Shown piece after piece: positions 25,136-38,129 of a stretch of 64,000 nucleotides of DNA (position 1 is its first letter; every line of letters starts with the position of its first letter). Origin of the DNA: Eledone cirrhosa (Eukaryota); assembly GCA_964016885.1 (NCBI GenBank), contig OZ024743.1, positions 157,852,001-157,916,000 of the forward strand. The letters run 5' to 3'. The notes below the pieces were generated by a model, which saw only the letters and a program-made list of their open reading frames with translations, had not been told where the DNA came from and searched no databases. The translations under genes were made by a program, and so were the position numbers.

Positions 25136-25675
25136 GGGGGGGGGGGGGGGGTATATGAGTACTAGCAACGTCTGGCGTTCTACTAACCCTTCTGCTTTAG
25201 ATATTTGATCGAAGCGCCACACTATTTGTCCGGCGCAAGAACCTATATTGATTTAATGGATATTTGACATTGGAAATTATCATTCTATATCAAGAAATCG
25301 GGGCTGTAATGCCTATGATCAGGGGGCTGCTAGATCGGGCAGGAATAGACTCGGGTCGAAACAACGACGATAACAGTAAAATCCCCGGCACCCGTGTATT
25401 ATGTATGAATCTGTAACTTGTGATGTAGTCCTAGGGACGCCGTAACGATGGCATACAACGTGTCTAAGACAATTTAAAATTGATGTAGCCCACCCCTCCC
25501 TAGGGCTGATCACAGTCGATTTCTTTCAGAGGGTGGGGGTAATACATAATGTATTATTAATGAGAAACAGATTTAACGAAGATCGACTCCAGCACTTTTT
25601 ACGTAATAAGATAGAAAAATGTTCATAAAACCGTGTCTTCCATGTTTTATTATACGCATTGTTCGGCCGCATGAG

Positions 25676-25765
<90 letters not shown>

Positions 25766-26287
25766 TGTGTGTGTGTGTGCGTGCAAGTATATAAATATGT
25801 GTATGTGTGAGCGTATGTGTGTGTCTATACTTTTCTGCAACTATTCCTTCTTCAGATTGTTTAAACGATCACCAGATTTTAATAGTCATAAATATGTTTA
25901 GCATTTTTACTGTATGGATTATGAAGCTGTCCCAATTCACTTGGTACATATGTTGCTCCGAGAATAATTGATATAGAGTAATGGAATATTTTTAGATACT
26001 GGATCTTTAAATTTCTGAACAATAGTCTGGACATATCTCCTTTACCTTTCATTTTTAACCATGTTAGTGTCATTTAATTACTCCAACAGAACAGAGTTAT
26101 ATTTTGTGATGTCAAATAACAATATCGCATACATTGCTCTTTAATTTGTTTGCTGTTCCTCAAATATTTTCCACTGGTCTTGATTTTTTCGTGTGTGTGT
26201 GTATATATATAGAGAGAGAGATACTTGACGGACATGATTTTTGACAGCGGTAAGAAATTTGTTTTCTTATATCAACGTTTAATGGGC

Positions 26288-26415
26288 TTCCACTGATGAT
26301 TTATAAGTGCCCACCTAAATATATTCTTACATGAGAATATATATTAGGCTTCTACATAAACTGGAAACATTCTCCCAAACCTGTAGAAAACTTATAATGA
26401 AACAATTGTTTGGAA
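26288..26415 (+). ncRNA. Type I HHR with ~100 nt stem II domain, inside repeat 26222-26600
   Basis: UUCCA-CUGAUGA-U-UUAUAAG...CUUAUAA-U-GAAAC-AAUU-GUU-UGGAA; homologous to 46578-46700. Confidence 0.88.
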
Positions 26416-27649
26416 AGATACTTTAACTTTAATTATATCTCATAAAATAATACAACTGGTTTTTCCACATTATACATATTGTTAGCACCCCAAACACTTA
26501 AATTGGGTTTATATTTTAATATAACCTAATGTTTGTTGAGTGAGATGGTTACCAGTCAGAGTTTAGCTTTAAACTATCTCTGTTATTGTATTAAATATAT
26601 ATATATATTTATATTGTCGAAGCGTTTTTTTCTGTATGTTTACTTTGTTACTTTTAATTCATTTCGTTTGTTATCCCACCAAGCCTCATACCTCATATGT
26701 ATTCTTTTGGTTTGCATATATATATCATATATGATTACATTCTGAAGAGGTGGTTTGCATTCTTTACATATTGTCAGGTGTTGTTTGTTGTCTTTTGTGA
26801 AAAATATATTTAATGGGGATTTATATTTCCTGGTCGCACGGTGGCAACCTTTAAGGTTCGATGTGACAAACTTGGTTGTATACAATACATGGCTTTTGCA
26901 TGGTTTGATTCTAAGTGTCTGGAGTTGTTGTTGGTTTGGAGAGGCGGGGAAATGTTTTGTTTTGTTTTTTCAGTTATCTATGCATGATCTTTTTGGTGAT
27001 CTTTTTCTTTGTTTTTTTCATTTTCGCATTGCGCTTGAGAGCATTTGCTAAAGTCCCTTGATTTGTGGTAATTTAATTGGACACCAATTCCGGATATATC
27101 ATTTCATATTAGAATGATAGAAGATTGTGTGATAGCCTTGATCAATTCATTTTTTATGCTTAATATTTAATTATTCGTTTTAATTACGTGAGCGTCGTTT
27201 TTTTTAAATTTAAACAGATTTCAGTTGTGATTATATTTAAGGTTGTTTACAGCTTGAACGATTTATATATATTTAATACTGTTTGGGTTTCACCAGTGCT
27301 TGGGCATACATAATGTATTATTAATGTACAAATACTCACTGATATTTTCTGGAATGTTGTTCGGTTCATTTGAATTCTGTTTACGTGTGTATGTGTGTAT
27401 GTATGTATGTATGTATGTGTGTGTGTATGAATGTATATATGTATTATGTTTGTATGTATGTATGTATTTATGTATTTATGTATTTATGCAATCATTTATG
27501 TAGGTATGTACGTACTTAAATATGTTTGTATGTCCGTACGTACATACGTATGAACGTATGTGTGTATGCATATATGTACGCATGTATGTACGCATGTATG
27601 TATGTATGTATGTATGTATGTATGTATGTATGTATGTATGTATGTATGT

Positions 27650-28205
27650 ACTCATGGTCGGGTCGTTGGCGACTAAACTGGCAACCCCACCGAGGTTTCT
27701 TGGTGAGGAGGGTGACTTTGGACATCCTGCAGGAATAAAAACAAAACCTGTCAAAGGGCAAAGGAGCTCTTAAGAGTCAATGGCCATCCAAAATCACCGG
27801 GAGAGATGACCCATTAGCCTTTGTCAAGGCAGATTTCTAGGAGAAGGAAAACTCCGATATAACACCTGCAACTCTGATGGTATCCAATGATACTTGTGCT
27901 TCTTTTTAGTAAATATCATCTTGGTTAAGAGAGTGGGACTGGCTTTGTGCAGTGCCTTTGCTCACTATAAAAGCTTCACGGCACAGGCATTGCTTTATAT
28001 CTGGAGATCTCTCTGCACTTGTCGTCACATGGTACCATGGGCCCAGCACTGTGTGTCAATAATTGTCACAAGTGTAGTGTTTGTACCAGAGTTTTCAAGT
28101 CGTTGGCTGGACTAAGAACTCACACTCATTCAGCGCATCGGTAGGGGTTCTCCTACATGGATATAAAGTAGTGGCCGTACTCGAAAACGAGTTGGCAGCC
28201 ACCAT
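27650..28205 (+). mobile_element. Non-autonomous bipartite RTE derivative with (ATGT)n tail; second copy at 57286-57866 (-)
   Basis: RTE-like 5' UTR motif ctaggagaaggaaaactc, a terminal C2H2-like CSVCTRVFKSLAGLRTH segment, and high similarity between the two copies. Confidence 0.7.
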
Positions 28206-28244
28206 GTATGTATGTATGTATGTATACATGTATATATGTATGTA

Positions 28245-28792
28245 TTGAGAGCATTGAGAGTATCATCCACCAACGACGTTTGCGATGGACCGGACACCTC
28301 TGCAGAATGGAGGATGATCGAATCCCAAAACAACTCTTGTATGGCGAGCTTTGTGAGGGTAAGAGACCACTTCACAAGCCAAGGCTCCGATTCAAGGATT
28401 GTGTAAATGACTCATTGAAAAAACTGGTTTGATGGTGGCTGACTGGGAGATAAAAGCTCTTGAAAGAGAAACTTGGCGTGGAATGGTGAATGATGGGGTC
28501 CATAATTTTGAGGACAGACGCATAGAGCACGAGAAGATCAAAAGGGATGTGTGTAAGCAATGTCCTAGTGTATCTCGCAAATCTGGTCACAGTCGCAGCC
28601 ATGTTCAAAGAGAACTTATGAACTATAATCTCCACGATATTGTGAACGTTCACAAGCAAACCGATGCAAGACCAGAGGCCAGGGATATCCATAGCTGTCG
28701 TCAATGTGCGGAGTCTAGCAGGCTTGAAAAACTATATCCGAGCGTCATACATCTGAATCTGACAAGCGATTAGTAGAGTTTGCATCCATCAT
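28245..28792 (+). mobile_element. RTE LINE 3' fragment with (ATGT)n tail
   Basis: RLRWTGHLCRMEDDRIPKQLLYGEL..GKR...RFKD; ends ccatc(atgt)n. Confidence 0.85.
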
Positions 28793-28921
28793 GTATGTAT
28801 GTATGTATGTATGTATGTATGTATGTATGTATGTATGTATGTGTCTCTTTCTCTTAATTTCGAGTATATTTTTTTGACCGGCCACCTTCCTGGTGGCAAG
28901 GTTGTAAAAGAAAAGAAATTG

Positions 28922-29680
28922 TCATCCCTTGAATCGCAAGAATGTTTTGCAAATTTTGAAGGTGCCAGCTATCGCAGCCATTTGTAGGCTATGAATTAGG
29001 GAGCTGCACTTTTTGTCCGCAAATCCAAGTTCAGTCATACTTTGGTCTAAGCGGGTTGGTATATAACCCGTAGCTCCAATAATGATGGGTATGAAGCTAA
29101 AGGTGTATCTTGGATACTGGATTTGTAAACTCCTCATCAATGGTCCGTAGATGTCCTCCTTCTCCTGTATTTTTCTGACAACGTTTACATCAAGTGGGCA
29201 GCTGATCTCTACAACAGAACACGTTTTCAATGTGTGGTCCCAAACAACAATATCAGGCCGGTTGTGCTTTAATTTGGTGGCAGTTTTTATTTTCAGGTTC
29301 CACCAGTATTCCTTAGTGCCATCTGTCTCAATATATTCCTCCTCGTTTGTTGTTAATTTTGTTTTCCGAAGTGCGTTCCAGATGGTTCTAGCTATCCCAT
29401 CATGTCTCATGGGGAGGTAGTAGCGAGATGACATTCTTTCGCAGCTGGCAACAATGTGGCTTACATCCTCGATCTTTGTTTTACATAGCCTACATTGATT
29501 GTCAGCTGCTGGCCCTCCTCTTTTGTGCAGCAGATATTTGGTAGGGAGTTCTTGTTCCTGTATTGCATAGAGATATCCCTCAAGGTGTGATGTCATAAAC
29601 TTGTCGGAACTCCATGCCGGGCTTTTTGAGTGGTTTATCCCCTCTATGGTCTGTGTTGTACGCCTCAAGTATCCATGCAC
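28922..29680 (-). pseudogene. R4-type ORF, C-terminal part: CCHC knuckle plus restriction-like endonuclease
   Basis: AIQEQ, CRLC..EDVSHIVASC, RHD, RPDIVVWD, EISCP, K..Y; separated from the RT by a frameshift or stop near 29714. Confidence 0.9.
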
Positions 29681-29713
29681 AACTTTTTCTGTAAATTGGT
29701 CAATTTTTTTATC

Positions 29714-31166
29714 TTATTTGAACATTGAATAGGATCTTCCGATTTCTCTGGGTGAGAGATTTATATCAGGCTTTATTCCATATCTCTCCTCCAGATCAGT
29801 CGCTATTCTAATGATATTTTTTTGTTCATGCTCATAAACCTGGGCAAGATGGTTGCCAACCTTTTTCCTCTGTTGAAGGTGTTGCTTCAGTGTTACTATC
29901 CGGGTCTCATATGTTGTTAATATTGATTTTAGACCCCGGCCACCTTCCTTGCGTGAGAAGTATAGCCTATCCACATCACCATTGATGTTAAAGTTCCCAG
30001 TAACACTAAGAAGTTTTCGAGTTCTAACATCCATCTCACTTAGTTCTTGCAATGACCAGTTCAGCAGGCCAAATGTTGGCGTTAGAATTGGCACAGCATA
30101 GGTATTGTGGGCAATGTATTTGTTGTATGCTGACAGTTCTGATGACCATATTTTCTTTACTCTTCTGAGGTATTCAGTTCTGGTTCTCTCCTTATTTATG
30201 GCTCCATCATATCTGACATTCTCATCCTGTCCAAGATATCTGTAGTTGTCACTTGATTGCAGAGGTTGTATTGTCAGGCCCTTCATATCTAGATTTCTAG
30301 AGGAGGGAACAGCTCTTCCACGTTTTACTGCCAAATATGCACACTTGGACTCACCAAATTTCATTTTGATGTTAGTTGAAAATTGTGTAATGAGGTCCAA
30401 TTGTTTCTTGATGTCATTGATATTTGGCCCATACAACTTCAGGTCATCAACAAAGAAAAGATGGGAGATACTTCTGGGCCCACTTCTTTGTCCACCTTGT
30501 TTCCTGAGTAGGTAAGATAGTGGATTCCGTGAGAGAACGAAGAGTAGCACTGACAAGCTATTACCCTGAAAGATGCCCTTCTGGTAATGTATCTTATCAG
30601 TCTTAACTTGCTCCTTCTCACCTCTAAGGATCAAATTGGTGTACCAGTTCTTGTTCAGGCGTTCAACAGCAGCTACCAATGGTTGTGGGACTTTAGCTAA
30701 CTGTAAAGCCTTAATAATCCACCCATGAGGTACACTATCGAATGCTTTTTGATAGTCCAGCCACACCACAGTCATGTTTCTGCGATTCTTTGTTGTTTTT
30801 TCCTGAATCATTTTGTTGGTTAGTAGGTGATCTATGCAACCCCACACCTCCCTCTTTCCACCAGCTTGCTCAGGTGTTATGATGTTGTTGGTAGCACAGT
30901 GATCCTGTAAGAACAGGTTAAGGCACCCAGTATATAATTTATACATGATGTTTTGGCAGGCTATTGGGCGGTAATTTTTTAGCAAGGGTGGTTTGGCTAT
31001 TTTTGGGAATGAGGAGAGTAGTGGCAGTTGATAACCATCTGGGCAGTTCTTGTGTGCCTTTAATGGTTTCTGTAAACAGCCGTATGAGATCTTCCCGATA
31101 GAAAGTGAAATTCTTCAACCAGTATCCTATAATGAGGTCTGGGCCTGGCGATTTCCTATTCGACAT
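29714..31166 (-). pseudogene. R4-type ORF, reverse transcriptase
   Basis: KSPGPD, NYRPIAC, EQAG, WLDYQKAFDSVPH, GIFQGNSLS, HLFFVDDLKLY, YRYLG; frameshift near 30985. Confidence 0.92.
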
Positions 31167-31322
31167 TTTCTGTAGAGCTGTTTCCAGTATTGACCCATCT
31201 ATGTCATATTGTTTTATCTGAACATGTTGGCAGTAGTCCTGTTCCAGTTCTTTTAGCCAATTAGCTTGTCTGTTGAATCCGTCATCCGTTTCCCATACAG
31301 ATCTCCAGTAGCTCTCAACCTG

Positions 31323-32414
31323 TTATTTTGAAGGGGTGTCGTTTACAGGGATTGAGCTTTTGCCACCGAAGCTGCGATAAACTGATTTAGGATCTCTGGC
31401 AAACAATCTATTTAGCACTTGTCGTTTATGTGCTGTTAACTTATATTTTAGTCTTTCTGTTGTAGCTGTGAGTTGTTGTTTCAACTGGTGTAATTTTGAG
31501 TTCAAAGTTTTAAATTTTGTATCTCCAAATCGTCTCTCTAACTTTTTCTTTAGGTCTTCCTGGTGTCGTGTGAAGTTGCTCTCTATGTTGCATTTCATAA
31601 CGACTGCGATGTGTAAGATACTTCGTCTCAGGGACAAAATTTTGGTTTTTAAATTTCGCATCCACGCTGGTTCAGGCTTTCTGTTTGTATCTTGATTGCG
31701 TGGTTTTAGATGTGTGTTATATGATAGCAATGTGACAGCTGAAACATATAACAAAACATTAAGCGTTTCAAATGTCGTTTCTACACCTTTAGATCGTATA
31801 GCCTTCAGATAATTGCCAGCTATTTCGTTCACCGCTTCCAATTCCAATTTAGTGGGTTCTTTACTGATTCTGGTGTTGTATGGTCTGTCACTCACATTAA
31901 GGCTGTGTATCTCTTGAAACATATCGTTCCATATCACTTGTAGGGTGTCCACAAGTGTTTGGTGCTCTGTTTGTTCAGCCTCGTTGTTGATGTGGTGACA
32001 ATTACTACTAGAGTTAGCTGACCTTTCTCGCTGTTCTTCAGTGGAAGTGGGATGGATTTCAGCAGAATTGTTGGTGAGCTGTTCACTGTTAGATTTAGCT
32101 GGCCATTCTCTTTGTCTGTTAGTGGAGGTGGGGTGGTTGTCTACAAGGGCTGTATTTGTAGTATCACTCAATTCCGTTAGATGTATCAATTTACATCTAA
32201 TGATACGTTTTGCCTGTTTATTTAAATGCTTTGGAGAAAAGTCTAATTCTGGGTGTTTGGAGTTCCATAAAGTGTTTAGCCTTTGCATAAAACCGAACTT
32301 TTGGGCTTCAGATTGTTTGTATGCTTCATATAATAGTTTGTTAAGCTCGTAGCTCCATTGTATACAACGGTTGTAGTTGCGATTTGGTCGAAGGAGACTT
32401 GTACTTTTTGCCAT
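31323..32414 (-). pseudogene. R4-type ORF, N-terminal region
   Basis: 363 aa from ATG, colinear with the RT; contains PAWMRNL and NRLF..DPK segments typical upstream of R4 RT; premature stop at 31323. Confidence 0.75.
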
Positions 32415-33074
32415 GATGAGTTCGTCTATTCACTAATATTTCGTATTTATTTTTCAAAATAGTCGATGATCTTCTTTAAAAGTTTCGACAAAGTTCTGTC
32501 AGAATCAAATTTAAAGTTATTCACAGCCTGGGTAATATTTCTTTTCAGTTAGTTTTTAATTCTACAACTGTGTTTTAAACGTTGTTCTTGAATCGTTTGA
32601 ATCGAGAACAAAAAGAACCGTTACTTAGTATATTCCTTTATGAATGTAATATAGTATAACAACGCTGTATTTATATGTTAAAGTTTATGTATCATTCACA
32701 TAAATAGGTGTTCTACAACTTATTCACAACATATTCACAGTTCAAACACTTATGTTTTTTGTTTCTGAATCGAAAACGTTACTTGTATATTTCTTTATAA
32801 ATGTAATATAACAACGTTGCATTTATATGTTAAAGTATATGTATCGTTCATATATCATAAGTGTATGTATCGTTCATATAAATAGGTGTTTTACAACACA
32901 CTTACAGTTCAAACACTTATGTAGAATTATTGTATGTAATCTTACCGTGTAATGTAGCTCAACTTTTTCCAATATATGGTATGTTGCCTTCATGTAAGCT
33001 GTAATTACACACGTCCGATTATCGGGCACTGACCACAACGGCCGCCATTATATGTATGTATGTATGTATGTATG

Positions 33075-33507
33075 TTTTCTCTTTCTCTTAATTTTGAGTA
33101 TATTTTTTGACCGGCCACCTTCCTGGTGGCAAGGTTGTAAAAGAAAAGAAATTGTCATCCCTTGAATCGCAAGAATGTTTTGCAAATTTTGAAGGTGCCA
33201 GCTATCGCAGCCATTTGTAGACTATGAATTAGGGAGCTGCGCTTTTTGTCCGCAAATCCAAGTTCAGTCATACTTTGGTCCAAGCGGGTTGGTATATAAC
33301 CCGTAGCACCAATAATGATGGGTATGAAGCTAAAGGTGTATCTTGGATACTGGATTTGTAAACTCCTCATCAATGGTCCGTAGATGTCCTCCTTCTCCTG
33401 TATTTTTCTGACAACGTTTACATCAAGTGGGCAGCTGATCTCCACAACAGAACACGTTTTCAATGTGTGGTCCCAAACTACAATATCAGGCCGGTTGTGC
33501 TTTAATT
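33075..33507 (-). mobile_element. 5'-truncated second copy of the same R4-type element, in (CATA)n
   Basis: About 7 substitutions by eye versus 28843-29275; (TATG)n on both sides. Confidence 0.93.
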
Positions 33508-33789
33508 GTATGTATGTATGTATGTATGTATGTATGCATGTATGTATGTATGTGCATATTCAGATGTGTGTGGTTGTTCTCATTGATTGTGCTGTTATGG
33601 TATACCTTCTTTCTGGCTTATGTATAAATATAGAAATGTTAAGCTATTTCTATATGTAATGTCACTTTAACCTAGTTTAATCTTTCTTTCTATGTACATA
33701 CTAAGAAATATCTATTTTATGTATGTGTGTATATGTGTGACGTCTGAATGAGCATCCTTCACCTCAAACTAACTTACCCACCATCTCTT

Positions 33790-34130
33790 GGTTCTGGCTT
33801 ACAGGATGGAGAATACATGGTCCTTCAGGGTGGTGAGGGAGACGCACTGGAACAGCCACCCCATTTCCTGGGGTCCGCACATGCGGGCCGCCAACTACGC
33901 TGCGATAGCTGTAAGTAGGGGTGTGATCCGGGGTCCAAGAACGCCAGAAGTTGCCGTAGCTACAGGTTCTACCACAAACTTATCAGAGAACGGCTTATAT
34001 TTGGACAGTTTGCCCTCTTAGATAGCAGAGCCTGGACTGGTAGCCGCACACACTAGGTTGCAACTAGAGAAGGTGTCACAGCATGTAGCATCCCAAATGA
34101 GGAACCTACCTCCGTTGAACAGTAAGATGG
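33790..34130 (-). mobile_element. CRE-type RLE fragment (old)
   Basis: Minus frames give WDATCCDT, VEPVATATSGVLGP and WLFQCVSL. Confidence 0.65.
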
Positions 34131-34515
34131 TTGTGCCAAGAGTGTATTATTAGATTTAAATATAAATTACGACCAGATTATATCACGATATTGCAGGAAC
34201 AGAATTATTCAAAGAGAATTTACTATCTTCTGTTGGTGAGGTGTGTTCGCCAGCATACCAAGAATATATACTCTTGTTATGTATGTATGTTCTTCTGGTT
34301 TTATAATTTCACAAATGTTTGCCAATAGAGAGAGAGTCGGTTTCTAAAATAGACACAAGACTCTCTCATTGGAATTTACACAACATCAACTAGGTAGCTA
34401 TGTATGCATGTCTGCATGCATGTGTAGATATTGATGTTATTGTATGTGTGGATGTTTTGAGTTGTATGTGTACATGTATATATGCTTTGTATCTGTACAT
34501 GTGTATATGCAGTTA

Positions 34516-35640
34516 TTAGATGCAAAATATTTGGAATCTTTTACATATTTTTACTGTTCCATTAATTGATTGTACCTGTAATTTCCTAACTAGTTGTGTT
34601 CTTTCTGTTCCTGTGAACCCCAGCTTCTCAAGATTTGTATTGAGGCAGTTACTAACATCCCCCAGTGTCCCAATAATCACAGGCATAAATCTGATGGTGT
34701 AATCAGGGTGGAGTATCTGCAGATTTCTCATCAGTTCTGCATAAATATTCTCCTTTTCGCTAATCTTTGATATTATATTGGTATCTGCTGGACAGCTAAC
34801 TTCCACTGCTGTGCATGCCTTCTTTTCCCTGTCCCTTATCATAATATCTGGTCTGTTGTGCCTACATTTTATTAGGGTTTTTTCTGGAACATCGCACCAG
34901 TACACTTTCATATTATGTATATGTATGTCTTCCACATTGCTGGAGCTTTTAATGTGTTTATTATCGGGGCTATCTTTTCTACGGATTGTATTGTACAGTG
35001 TCTTGCTACTACATCATGCCTCATAGGTAGATAGTACCGCGATGACATCTTTGGACAGCTGCTTATGACATGAGTGACATCTTCGATGTTAATTCTGCAG
35101 AGTCTGCACTTGTTATCGCATCCAGGTGTTTTGCCTGCTTCCTTATCTCTTTTGTGAATCAGGTATTTCGTGTTCTTTTCCTGTTCCTGGATTGCAAAAG
35201 CGTATCTTTCAAAGTGGGAGCCTATATAGCGGTTGTTGGTCCAAGATAGACTACTTTTTTATCTATATTACTCTCACTCTGGAGCTTCCTGGCAACATAT
35301 CCATGCATGATTTTTTTTACTGATAAGCATGCAGTTTTTCATCCATGGATTCATTGCGGTACTGCTGAGCAACTTCCCTGGGTGTGAGTTTTTGATTATC
35401 ACACAGGAATACTTCCCGAGTAGTTCCTTCCCAACTCTCATGACCATATCTGTTTCATGCAGATAGACTTGCTCGAGAGACGGGCTCCTATGCTTCGAGG
35501 TTCGTAGAGGTTTATCGGAGGGATATGATGTGACATTCAAATGTTGTCTGGACGGATGTTAGGCCTCTGCCTCCCTGCTTACATTTCAAGTAAAGGCGTT
35601 CTATGTCACTGTTGATTTCGTTCTATGTCACTGTTGATTT
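34516..35640 (-). mobile_element. Older R4-type element 3' fragment
   Basis: CRLC..EDVTHVISSC, HNRPDIMI, EVSCPAD, KENIY. Confidence 0.85.
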
Positions 35641-35741
35641 CGTTCACATCATCCATATGACTTAAGCGGATGTTGTTTGATAGCCATACACGATCACATG
35701 GTGGCTACCATCATGTATGAACATGTGTATGTATGGTTTGT

Positions 35742-35773
<32 letters not shown>

Positions 35774-35844
35774 TAAACAGTTTCCATGACAATCATAAGA
35801 TTCCGAATTTGAATTGTTCTCACAAATGTATGTATATATGTATG

Positions 35845-36362
35845 TATGGAATATCATCTGACGAATTTGAGGAAATGGCTGAGGAGCGTGTGAAGTGGAG
35901 ACGTTTGATCAAGTCAGGAAGTAAATACTTTGAAACTCGTCGAAGAGAACACCTAACTCTGAAAAGGAAGGTAAGGAAAAGGAGCTGTTCTGAACGGCCT
36001 GATGTTGAGCAACATCTGGTTTGCCAGCACTATGGTTGAGTCTGTCTGAGCAAAGCTGGTTTGATTAGACATGAACGAAGTCATATCAGTAGGCCTCATG
36101 TAGATTATGAACAGCGTGATCTGAAAAGGTGTAGGGAATGTGGCAACGAATGTGCAAGCATGGGAGATCTTAAAAGACATATGAAAACGCACAGTCAGAA
36201 CCAAGCAGTGGAAAGTCCCAGAGGTGCCTACAGTTGTCATGTGTGTGCCAGAGGATGGGGTGCAAGTATTTTGCTGATTTAAAGATCCACATTCGTGCCT
36301 CACATTTTTGAGCATTTTATCAGGTGATGGCAATGCTCGAACACGAGTTTGCGGCCATCATG
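35845..36362 (+). mobile_element. RTE LINE 3' fragment with C2H2 fingers and (ATGT)n tail
   Basis: ERVKWRRLIK.G..FE, CRECGNECASMGDLKRHMKTH; ends gccatc(atgt)n. Confidence 0.7.
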
Positions 36363-36644
36363 TATGTATGTATGTATATATGTGTGTATGTATGTATTTA
36401 TGTATGTATGCATGTAGGCGTATATATATATATATATATATATATATGTGAGCATGCATGCAGGCGTGTATGTATGTATGCAGGCTTTTGTATATGTATG
36501 TATGTAAGTATCTATGTATGTATGTATCTATGCATGTAAGTATGTATATATGTGTTCATGTATGTATCTATGCATGTATGTATGTATCTATGCATGTATG
36601 TATGTATGTATGTATGTATCTATGGATGTATGTATGTAGGCATC

Positions 36645-36935
36645 ATGAATAAAGTCTCCTGTCGATTACCAAATTGCCATAGCTGGAAATGCAACGCAAA
36701 CAAGCTGTACCTGAAGCAACGAATACAGGTCAGCTGGTTACATAAAAAGTCACATTAAAATGCATAAGAAGCCTCTAGACGCCAATAATACTATGTCGAG
36801 AGCATGGCATCTTTGTATAAAGAACTGTAAGTCACTTGCAGATCTAAAATGCCATATTCGTTCACATCATCCACAGGACTTAAGCGGATGTTGTTTGATA
36901 GCCATACACGATCATAGGGTGGCTTCCATCATGTA
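36645..36935 (+). mobile_element. RTE-like 3' terminal fragment
   Basis: Degenerate C2H2-like coding (CKSLADLKCHIRSH) and a ccatcatgta terminus; its end plus flank is duplicated at 35638-35826. Confidence 0.5.
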
Positions 36936-36954
36936 GGAACATGTGTATGTATGG

Positions 36955-37024
<70 letters not shown>

Positions 37025-38129
37025 AACAGTTTTCATGACAATCATAAGATTCTGAATTCGAATTGTTCTCACAAACCAAGCCTTGTGAGTACAATTTATT
37101 AGACAGAAAATTGCTTGCAGCCGGTCGGATGGACTGTAAATGTAATTCAAAGGGCCAGCCATGATTTGCACTGTATCCTGCTAAGTTTTACCCTAAGAAT
37201 TCTGTTAAGATGTATTAGTGGAATGCTCAACAATTTGCACGTTGGTTTCATGAATAGGCACTCTGTTGATCAAACAACTGAATATTCGTCGTAGAAACAG
37301 ACGGTGGTCCATTTACTTTACTTATTTTATATGTATGTATTCGTGTATGTGTTTATATACGTATGTATGTATGTGCGTGTATGTACGCATGTATGTAGGT
37401 CTGTATGTATGTGTGTGTTCTAAACGATACGTGATATGCAGATGTTTTCCTAGAAACATTCGTTTTGTGCTTTACACTTTCATTTCCTTCTCTTTTTGTA
37501 CTTGTCTTACAGCAACAAAAATATTTTGTTAATTGAAAAGCGAAGTCACGTATTTATCCGGAAATTTGTCTCCATGTTAGTAACGAAAGTTCTACAATAA
37601 TGAAAATCGTGATCCGTGACAACTTTGATATCAATGACAGACACTTAAAACTGCTTTAATTATGAAAATGTAGTTCATTTGTTAAATAAATACAGAACGC
37701 GGTTTTTTGCTTAATCGTCTTTATATTCTTTCAACTATTTATTTTCTGTCAATACAAGAACACCGTACAAGAAGCGAACAATTTGTTTTCGTTACCATTG
37801 CACTATCGTCTAAAAACACTGATTTCTCACCTCTCGCGGCAAGAGAGTGCCTGTCTCTACGTGAGACAACGACAGAGCTTCTACGTGATTGCTCGATATT
37901 ATTGCTACGTGATTGCTCGATATTATCCAATTCCTTTCAGTCATGCATGGTGCCGTAACTCCTGAGGGAAAGGTACGGGCGCCGTATTGACATACGGCGT
38001 TTCTAGGGCATCTTTTTAAAGCCTGGCGGGGCCCATCTCTTCTCCAGGTCTGAATACAGCAGATTTCTTCCAGAGAAGGATAGAAAGTGAGAGAGAGGAA
38101 GTAAGAAAGAGATGTAGAGGAAGAATTAA

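Larger units (their letters stand above)
28843..33050 (-). mobile_element. Near full-length R4/Dong-type RLE non-LTR retrotransposon inserted in (CATA)n
   Basis: One long interrupted ORF (32414 to 28922) with RT, CCHC and RLE; (TATG)n on both sides; 5' UTR holds a ~165 bp tandem duplication. Confidence 0.92.

Noticed and set aside
26296-26401. SECIS-like AUGAU...UGAA quartet (also GUGAU...UGAA at 9056-9107)
   Set aside because: Fully explained by the HHR tandem G.A pairs plus U.U; helix length does not fit a SECIS and there is no upstream selenoprotein ORF.
32940-33050. Possible HDV-like ribozyme at the R4-type element 5' end
   Set aside because: Only small hairpins; no nested double pseudoknot found.
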